From contig OX597825.1 of the NCBI GenBank assembly GCA_951406725.2, positions 40,362,001 through 40,426,000 on the forward strand: 64,000 nucleotides of DNA, given 5' to 3'. The translations under genes and the position numbers were made by a program. This stretch comes from Octopus vulgaris (lineage: Eukaryota). Positions 54,738 through 64,000 of the stretch are shown here, one piece after another. How positions within the stretch are numbered: position 1 is the stretch's first letter; the number at the start of each line of letters is the position of its first letter. The notes under the pieces were generated by a model. That model was given only the letters and a program-made list of their open reading frames with translations, ran no database searches and had not been told where the DNA came from.

Positions 54738-56609
54738 TGTAACGACTAACACATACCACGTAACGAGTTGTACGTGTTAGTCGCTACCAATAACGCGACG
54801 TAGGAAGTCGAGTGCTCAAAATCAGCGAAGTTGGTCATAGATTACCATGTCTTTACTTGTCTAACTAACTATACTGCTATACCGGAGTGGATCTTATCAT
54901 AGTCCGACTTTGGATTACAACAGTATACGATACAGATAATATGTTTAAATTTCATTTATCATTCTCCAGGTCAGCATAAAATTCTTTTTATTATTCTCCT
55001 CAAATTTAATTTCACTTATTCTCAAGGTTAGATTAATACTGTTATATAGCGTAAAATACATTTACATCATATCAAGCTTAATGAACCTTCTGAATTAAGT
55101 TTATACAACCTGATGATTAATTCCACCTCTTGTTGATAACGGCACTTTGCGGTAGTAATCTTTGACGGTCACATAATTAATATCTTTAGATGACTAATAG
55201 GCTCTATGATTATTTGTAGATACTTATGTTAAAATTGAATATAAGCATGATGGATGCAACATTGTCACACGTGTTTAATCTTTCACAAAAATTATATTAT
55301 GTAAATAATCTTACCCTTAGTAAAACACTTTGATGTGGAAATACATATTCTTAAAAGCTACGCCTTAGTCAAGGAATGTAACAACTAATTGTATTTCTTT
55401 AATTGACAGCGAATCAAAAATTGTTCCTACCCGGTTTTAATGAATATGTCTTTCGCAAAATGGCACACTCAAATTATATGCAACAATGGAGGAACTTTAC
55501 ATCAAAATATATTTCTGTATACAATATAATTTCAAATCCATATTTAATATGTATATTATGCAATTCTAATATTATGAAAAATGAAAAAAATATGTGACTT
55601 TTAGTAAAACATTTCAGCATGCCTAAACATATATAAGTCTCAGCCAATATTCATATAAAACGAATGCTCAGATACAAAGCCAAATGATATACAAAACAAC
55701 ACACGGAATTCAACAATGCGTTTTAAGCTCATTTGTCAAATATAAGTACAGTGATATATAAGATAAATATGTCTTTCTTACATGAAATAATTTCTTGTAT
55801 TAATGCAAGTGCAATCCAATAATTTAGAATAATGTACAACATAAGTGTCAAAGCAATGAAACCATTCAGCACTATATTAAATTTATATAGAGTATGTTGG
55901 CATATTTCACACGATTTCATTGTTATATCACACACGTATTTAATAAAAATACGATGCAACAAAAATTACATATCCGGATCGGATGGAATGTTTAAATTTC
56001 GCATTTGGTATTGAGTTCCCATGAAGAATTATTTTTGTGTTCTTACGAAAAAAACATTTGATATAACTGATCTGATTTATTATCAATGAGATATTTATAC
56101 TAATTTTATATGTCTTTCTTGTTTTATTTTGTGAATGCCATGATCACGGAAACGTTATTGGTCTAAATATCTTAATTCGAAATTAATTAAGGTTTCAGTC
56201 TAAAGAGTATCCTATTGGTGGGCTTTCACACATCAGATGAATTACTGAATGAGGGACTAGGGACTGATTTGATATAGAATTTGCTTTTTCAGATTGCCCA
56301 TTTCCGAAATTATGTATATCTGATAAACATACATTATTACTTACTTAATTCTAAGGCTTTCAGCTCAGTTATTCGTTACACACGCACACATACACGCACA
56401 CACATAAGTATATATAAATGTATACATATCTATATATGTGTGCCTGTGTGTCTATATATATATATATGTGTGTGTGTGCGTGTCAGAATATATCTGCAGA
56501 TTGCCTTGAAATAGCTTACAACTGTCATACATATCAAAGTGTTTGGAGAAATTCTTTATTGAAATTACTAGCTTGCATTTACGATTTAACAAGATTGCTT
56601 CGTTTAAAG

Positions 56610-56765
56610 GCACAGAAGTGGCTGCGTGGTTAGAAGCTTGCTTCCAAGTACATTGTTCTGGGTTCAATCACTCTGCTAGGCACCTTCCTTGCGCAATGTC
56701 TTCTACTATAACTTCGGAATGTGGATTGAATTTGATGGACGGAAATTTAATGAAGCCCCCGTAGT
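56610..56765 (+). mobile_element. 5' half of an old SINE family A copy
   Basis: gtggctgcgtggttagaagcttgc...gggttcaatc...tgtcttctactata...gacggaaa matches the SINE-A head and body. Confidence 0.65.
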
Positions 56766-57126
56766 ATATATATATATAAAAGAAGGAAAATGCACACAGT
56801 CTACATAGTTTTAATACATTTTATAAGTGAAAGAGTATTGTGTTTGGCGAGTGATTTCGCTTTTGCTAATCATGACATTGAAATTATTGTAATGTCGTAT
56901 TTTCTTAAGATTTTAGTCCATGTTCTGTGGGGAGACGTTTGTGAATGAATGATTCAAAAAGGTATATACATCTAAGGAAAGTTAATTAGTCATCATTCTT
57001 ATTGGGGAGTGGGGAGGTAATTTACCATTTTTATTCCCTCCCCGAAAGGTAAGCAATGTGATAATTGACATAGAAAAAGGGTCAATTTTATACACGAATT
57101 TCTGTTTGTTTATTATATCATAATAA

Positions 57127-58015
57127 CTAGTTGTATGCGTTGTTTTATTTAACAATAGAGTAATGGTAATTATATAATACAGTTCATTTAAATAGGTAAT
57201 GGTAAATTAAGTTATAGATGTATTCACGTAGAATTAAGAGTGAATATTTCTTTATAAATAACGTCTTTTGTTTTATTATGGGTTCCTTAATCAGAAAGCT
57301 TTGCTTTTGCTCCCACACATTATGCTCCTACATACAGTTGGCTATGTGAAAAGCATGGGTGTCCAAGTTGAAATCCAGCAACATTTAGTGTTTGTCCCTG
57401 GGTTTTATTAATGTCGATGGCAAAAGAAACACAGATTGGAAACTGTAACCGCTTAAATTGGAATGCTCCACATTAAATTCGGCCGTTCCACATTGATAAG
57501 GAGAAAATTTATAAGGGGCATTCACAAACGTCTCCACACAGAACATTGACTGAAGTTAAAATGAAGACGGTCTTACCTTTACCACAACCAGAGAAAATAT
57601 TTACGTCAGTGCAGTTCCTCATGTGTTTGTAGAGACTTAATCTTGTACTATTGCATAATTTTGGTTGAGACAAATTATTTAATAGGATTATAGGAGGCCA
57701 TTTTCGTCAGGGGAAGACAATAAGGAGCTATACCTGGTGGTTCTAGTGAGTTCAATTTGCTATGTAAAGCAACGTTTTTTGGATCCTGGATATGTCGCTG
57801 ACAGATCCAATCTCTACTGTTGTAATTATAAAGAAGATTAGTAAAGATTTCATCCACCAAATCATTGACGGAATCAGTTGGATTATATATTGGATTGAGT
57901 GTAAGAAATTGGGGAAAAGCATAATAGCGTCCCTTGAAGCAGGTACTTTCATTTTGGTGGAAAAACAAACAAGTGAACAAAAGACAAACAGACAGAATCT
58001 AACTTATATATATAT
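57127..58015 (-). mobile_element. Internally deleted Helitron with PIF1-helicase C-terminal remnant
   Basis: Minus strand reads LVDEIFTN...DWICQR...PKN, LNSLEPPG, IILLNNLSQPKLCNSTRL, GKGKTVFI, FKRLQFPICVSFAIDINKTQGQTL, PCFSHSQLYVG and VIYKEIF. The 5' end has TATATAA then (TCTG/TTTG)n. The CTAG|T 3' end at 57127 is tentative. Confidence 0.85.
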
Positions 58016-58099
58016 ATTTTTTTGCCCTACAACACGCCACGTGGAGATAATCGAAATACTCCTCTTTCCTCTTTGTTATATATGTATGTGTGGGTGTCT

Positions 58100-58320
58100 G
58101 TGACTGTGTGTGTATGTATTTGCGTATTTGTGTTTGTCTCCCAGCATCGTGTGACAACCAATGTTGATTTGTTTACGTTCTCGGTTCGGCAAAAGAGGCC
58201 GTTAGAATAAGTACTAGGATTATAAAGAATAAGTCCTGGGGTAAATTTCTTCAACTAAAAGAGGTCCTCCAGTATGGCGGCAGGCATACTGAAATATTTA
58301 AAACAGTAAAAGAATAAAAG
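58100..58320 (+). mobile_element. 3' half of an old SINE family A copy
   Basis: (TG)n...gacaacc...ggttcggcaaaagag...gaataagtactagg...gaataagtcctgggg...tccagtatggc...gtaaaagaataaaag. Confidence 0.7.
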
Positions 58321-58384
58321 AATATTAATAGAGAGACAGATAGATGGATAGATAGGTCGATAGGTCGATAGATATATATATATA

Positions 58385-58412
58385 TAGATAGATAGATAGA
58401 TAGATAGATAAG

Positions 58413-58507
<95 letters not shown>

Positions 58508-58558
58508 ATAGACAGACACAGAGATAGACAGAGATATATATGTATATACGAATATACA

Positions 58559-58612
<54 letters not shown>
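58385..58612. repeat. (GATA)n then (TA)n microsatellites
   Basis: Tetranucleotide and dinucleotide runs. Confidence 0.95.
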
Positions 58613-58615
<3 letters not shown>

Positions 58616-58980
58616 GGAAAATTAATTTCCTAAGATATTATTAATTTTGATAAAATCTGCAATGACTATTCTAAAAAATAATAACAGCATAATTAATATA
58701 GGTAATTGCAGGACCAAGAAAAGCATTAAATAGCTGAAGAATTAAAATTAATCAAAAACATAGTCAGTATATTTACCTACTGGGAATAATAGTCAAAACT
58801 GTTATTTAAATCGCCAAAATACACTGATGATAACTAAGAAATCAACCGAAATTAGACCAGGTTAATAGAATCTCCTAACGTACATTTAAGTACTATATTA
58901 TTGATTCTATTATTATCATTTTTGAAAATACTCATTCCAGCTTATACCAAATTAATAACTTGTCAAACTAATTTTTCGAG
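58613..58980. repeat. Old ~370 bp palindrome between (TA)n tracts
   Basis: ttcggaaaattaattt / aaactaatttttcga at the ends; tcagtatattt...aataatagt-caaa-actgttatt...aaatacactga at the centre (~58795). Confidence 0.65.
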
Positions 58981-59020
58981 AATTATTATTCTCGTGAATT
59001 GTTTGTCCGTATATCGAGAG

Positions 59021-59053
<33 letters not shown>

Positions 59054-59060
59054 GTATATA

Positions 59061-59166
<106 letters not shown>

Positions 59167-59310
59167 TACAATAATATGTTACATTACTCAATAGTCATTG
59201 AGTAAGGTAACATTATTGTATAGATAACTTTCCTCTATTTACATAATATTGAGGTCTCTTTCTTTCTTTTGTTATCTTACCGTTTTATCAATATATATAT
59301 ATATATAGAG

Positions 59311-59381
<71 letters not shown>

Positions 59382-60525
59382 CAGATAGATAATGAATAGA
59401 TAGAAAGATAAGTAGATAGATGTTTATGTGTTTGTGCGCGCGTGCATGTGTGTATGAATGTATATATAGTATATTATCTGTTAACTCGAAATCAAATACA
59501 TAAAACGTTATCATACATTTTGCATTTAAGTTCGGAACCCAGATTTTGTGCAGGCAGCTTCTACGTCCGGTTTTAAAGAAGAAGGTTATTATACTGGTAA
59601 TTAGAGTAGGTCAGTAGATCATTGTGGTGGTTGTGTTTGATGTATCAGAGAATCAATTGAATACCAGATTCACATAATATTTACTACAGTTATAACGATC
59701 CACTATTTACTTTCTACGTACCGCAGTGTACTTTTCTTACAAATAACAAGAGAGAAATCTACTATATATTTATTCAAACATCTATTAATCGTAACCAATT
59801 TTACTTCACAAAATGGTACAGTTACGGAACCATGAACGAGATAAAAATTACAAATTTCTATACAATTTTTTATCGATGTTCGTATGTTTGTAATAAAAAC
59901 AGATGGTTATTTCGTTACTGCTACATTCCCCAAACCTTGTGCTATGCCGCGTGTGTTATCACGATTAACTTTAACAGCTAAATATGTCTAATATACTATT
60001 TTCAAAGTAATATTGCAGTCATCAATAAAATGCATGAAAACATGACAAGAACAGCAAAAACTAGAAATCACCGTACAAGCAAAATTTAGACTGTTAACTT
60101 TCTTCAAGACTAAATACTTAGATAAAATACGAGATGGTCACGTTTAGAATCATTTGTTATGTTTTGTCTTTCGGTTAGTTTTGAAGAGAATCTGTCTAAC
60201 CTATGTACACCAATAATTAAAAAATATCATGCATAATATAGTCGAATGTTAATGTTTTATAAAACTGCAGTTAATTCAAAACGTTCATCAATGTTGCTAC
60301 AATGGGAAATTCGAATATGGTCTGAAAGTGGCTGAACTTTTCATCGTGTGAAGTGTAAGAACGAATTTCATTTATAAAACCAAATTGTTTTGTACCTATT
60401 ATGTTATAGGTACAATTTATAGTACATTTGTAAGATTACGTTTCAAAAAATAAGCTGAATTATTTCTGGGTAATTGTCCGGTTGAGGGTGAGTTGGGGGT
60501 TATGCCTTACCACTACCTTGTTTAA

Positions 60526-61385
60526 TTTTTCAACAACTTATTTCATAATGACAAAGTAGAAAATATTTAATGTGACTGTATTTTGTGAATATTTTGCCTA
60601 TTACCGGCAAAATTAACTTGAGCTTTAACTTTCAGTACTGATTACAGTATTTGATTAATCCATGACGTCTTTCAAATAATTTGACGGTTTCCCAGTAAAG
60701 ATTCTTAGCTAAGTTTGTGTTTATGCAGATGAAAGCATTAACAAATCAATTTGATTTGCATCTGTGAAAACATTTAGTCTCAAGGTATTCAATTATAATA
60801 TATATGATTTGAAATATGTCATCATTTTACGGAGTCTCTCATGCTATGCATAGATATACTGCACAGTATAACTAAATTACTGTCAAGAACATCATGACCG
60901 TAAAAGCACCAAGAACAAGGCTTTCAGTGAGTACATTTTTCACTAGGTTACAACATGATCAAACAATCTATGCTTTCAAGAATTCTTTAAATCAGAACTT
61001 AATCTCCAATGGCAAAGAGTTAATGTGGCCTGCTTATACTGAGAAAGGGTGTATTTTTCTTCTTTTCTTTTTCTTCTTTGTTTTTTTTTCAACAACTTAT
61101 TTCATAATGACAAAGTAGAAAATATTTAATGTGACTGGATTTTGTGAATACATCTCAACCTATTACCGGCAAAATTAACTTGAGCTTTAACTTTCAGTAC
61201 TGATTACAGTATTTGATTAAGCCATGACGTCTTTCAAATAATTTGACGGTTTCCCAGTAAAGATTCTTAGCTAAGTTTGTGCTTATGCAGATGAAAGCAT
61301 TTACAAATCAATTTGATTTGCATCTGTGAAAACATTTAGTCTCAAGGTATTCAATTATAATATATATGATTTGAAATATGTCATC
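60526..61385. repeat. Near-identical ~300 bp direct duplication (60526-60823 and 61085-61385) with a ~260 bp spacer
   Basis: tttttcaacaacttatttcataatgac...gatttgaaatatgtcatc is repeated with only a few differences. Confidence 0.95.
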
Positions 61386-61521
61386 TATTCTAAGGACTGG
61401 TATCTTTCTGAATTCGTTTACATTAATTGACGTAAATAAGTGCAGTGCCTAGTTTTTGACGTCTTAAGTGGCAGATGAATTACAGAAAATTATCGTCCGT
61501 TTTCTTCAGGTATATACATAC

Positions 61522-61579
<58 letters not shown>

Positions 61580-61593
<14 letters not shown>

Positions 61594-61960
61594 GGCAGTT
61601 TGTCTGTGCGTGTTTCTGTGTGTCTGCTTGTACCCTCACCCTGACCACGGCTTTCAACCGATTCTGATGAAACTTGACATACACATAGCCCAATGTCATA
61701 ATTCAAAACTAACGCAGCGAAAATTTTGAAAAGTTCCCCCAGTTCTGAAAAAGATCGATAAATTCGACATGGGGTCGACAATCAGAAACAAACCACAGAT
61801 GGTCTAGGAGACGCACCAGTTCTTTGAAAATATGTCATTTACCATAATTTTTTTTCCCCATTTTTGGGCTATTTTTTTTTTGCTATAACTCATTATTACG
61901 AATAAGCTTCAACGTGAAATACATTTTTACAACCCGACAACGCCGGGCGATATCTGCTAG
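61580..61960 (+). mobile_element. Non-autonomous Helitron-like element
   Basis: 5' TATATAAA followed by a (GTCT/GTGT)-rich tract. The 3' end has a GC hairpin CCCG-ACAACGC-CGGG about 10 nt before a terminal CTAG followed by T. Confidence 0.75.
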
Positions 61961-62024
61961 TATATATATATATATTTATATATATATATGTATATACCTG
62001 AAGAAAACGGACGATAATTTTCTG

Positions 62025-62077
<53 letters not shown>

Positions 62078-62210
62078 TATTGTATACAGTGCTCAGGTAC
62101 ACCACAACTTGTCAGAAAGTGCGTATAGAGTATATGCAGTAATGTACAAATTATGAGTCAGATACATGCTTGTGTGTGTATGGAGGGGAAAAAATCAGGT
62201 GTAGTGTTGG

Positions 62211-62259
<49 letters not shown>

Positions 62260-62944
62260 TATAATCTAATTATTTGAACTCCTTTGATTTAAATCTTTTT
62301 AAAATTTATAAATGTATTAAGCATTACTCTAGTTTATCGCTATGAGCGATTGCAAGGACTCCAACTCCTAGTCCTTTCTTCAGAGAGTAAACAATAAGAA
62401 ATATTTTTTCAATTACATGGAAGTTTTCATTATGTTGATTTTTTGTGCAATGGTTTTCTGAATTTTTAAAAATCAAACAAAATATTTCTTTCATGTTTGT
62501 AGGAGCAAAAAAAAATCGTTTAACGCTGTTGGGAATGCAAACATCGCAAGACAGAATGTGACTTCCATAGATAAAATAAAAATAAAATATTTCAGTTGAT
62601 ATTAACCAAGCCGTCATTAAGACAACAGACCTAAAGATCAGATGACGTAAATATCAAACAACTCACTCAGATTAAGGAAATCTAGTAACTGAAGATCATA
62701 CGTTGTTACATCTTTGTTGAAGTTATTGTAGAATTCATTTGTTAATTTAAAATTTGCCACTATAATATAATACGTTTTATAAAAATGCCCCCTTAATAAA
62801 CAATATTTTTTATTTCACTGAAGGGACTGTATTAGGTTTTGAAAATATAACTGTCCAACTTCTTCCTTCTACACAAATACTCTTTAACAGGAAGAAAGGT
62901 AAGTATATATGAGTTTTTCTCACAAAAGAAATAGACATTTATTT

Positions 62945-63056
62945 AGTTCAACCTCATTACGTGGAACCTTTGATAAATGTCTTCTAATATAGCATCAGGC
63001 AGACCAAAGCCTTGTGAATGGATTTAGTGGACGGAAACTGAAAGGAGCATGTCGTA

Positions 63057-63119
<63 letters not shown>

Positions 63120-63164
63120 GTATATGTATATATATATATATGTATATATATGTATATATATGTA

Positions 63165-63227
<63 letters not shown>

Positions 63228-63472
63228 ATATATATCTATGAATATATATGTATATATGTGTGTGCGTGCGTCTTAGAGTCTGTGTTCATCCTGCGCCCAC
63301 CGCTTAACAACCGGTGCTTTTGTTTAGTCTCTGTAACTTAGCAGTCCGAGAAAAAAAGCTCGATAGAATAAGTACCTTACTTATAAAAACTAAATGCTGG
63401 GTTCGATACATTCGACTAATTATCCTTGAAGCAGGTGCTCCAGAATCCCTGCCGTCTAATGACTGAAACAAG
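62945..63472 (+). mobile_element. Diverged SINE family A copy with a greatly expanded internal (TA)n
   Basis: gaccaaagccttgtgaatggattt...gacggaaactgaaag, then ~200 bp TA/TG, then gatagaataagtac...ggtgctccag...tgactgaaacaag. Confidence 0.75.
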
Positions 63473-64000
63473 TTTTAAGATATTTTAAAAATATTTTTCC
63501 ATCAGAATTATACTGTAATCAAAGAACAACAAAGCAAACCATAGCTATGCATAAACTAGAATCCACAAATTAGTTTGCCTATTATCATTTTAATACCATA
63601 TATAACCAAAAATATACTTGCAAATCGACACAGTTCCATTTCGCTTTAGACAGGCAAAAACTAGAGACATATATGGGTCCGTGCAAAATTATCAAATTGA
63701 CTTATCACAAAACAGCTTGATATTTTACGAAACTACTGAGGAAACGTACGAGTATTTACGCCTCATTTTGAGGCTACAATAAAAATCTGCATGATGAGCT
63801 GTCTTGAAATGCATATTTCTTCATTTCGCAACGACACAATATCACTTGCTTAAATCATATTTTCAGAACATATGATTTACTTAACTGAATTTGCCAAATC
63901 AAGCAGCCGCTGCCGTTTTTAAACATCAATGCATTTGTTTATCAGTAAAGTTTTGTATTTCGTGCAATATATTTTGCACTACGTCATTTAAGCCACACAC

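Noticed and set aside
56912-57555. 36-bp inverted repeat suggesting a ~640-bp MITE
   Set aside because: The right repeat lies inside a Helitron helicase that continues in the same orientation on both sides, so the pair does not delimit one element.

Overview
This is AT-rich, microsatellite-saturated eukaryotic DNA ((TA)n, (TAA)n, (CA)n, (GATA)n). The tRNA-derived SINE families and repeat spectrum look like an octopus/coleoid cephalopod genome (inference). No intact host protein-coding gene could be supported, and most listed ORFs are microsatellite artefacts. The window is mostly decayed transposons: three R4/Dong-like RLE non-LTR retrotransposons (one near full length at 10.6-14.2 kb), Tx1/L1-like, CR1-like, Penelope (GIY-YIG), mariner and Helitron pieces, a probable BEL/Pao relic, a long-TIR MITE and many SINEs. 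The less ordinary signals are: (i) several degenerate minimal type-I hammerhead-ribozyme motifs in short repeats near microsatellites; (ii) a series of fold-back palindromes seated in (TA)n tracts; (iii) young inverted duplications of sequence next to (TA)n tracts; and (iv) a patchwork templated insertion. All calls are by eye, and boundaries of old relics are approximate.
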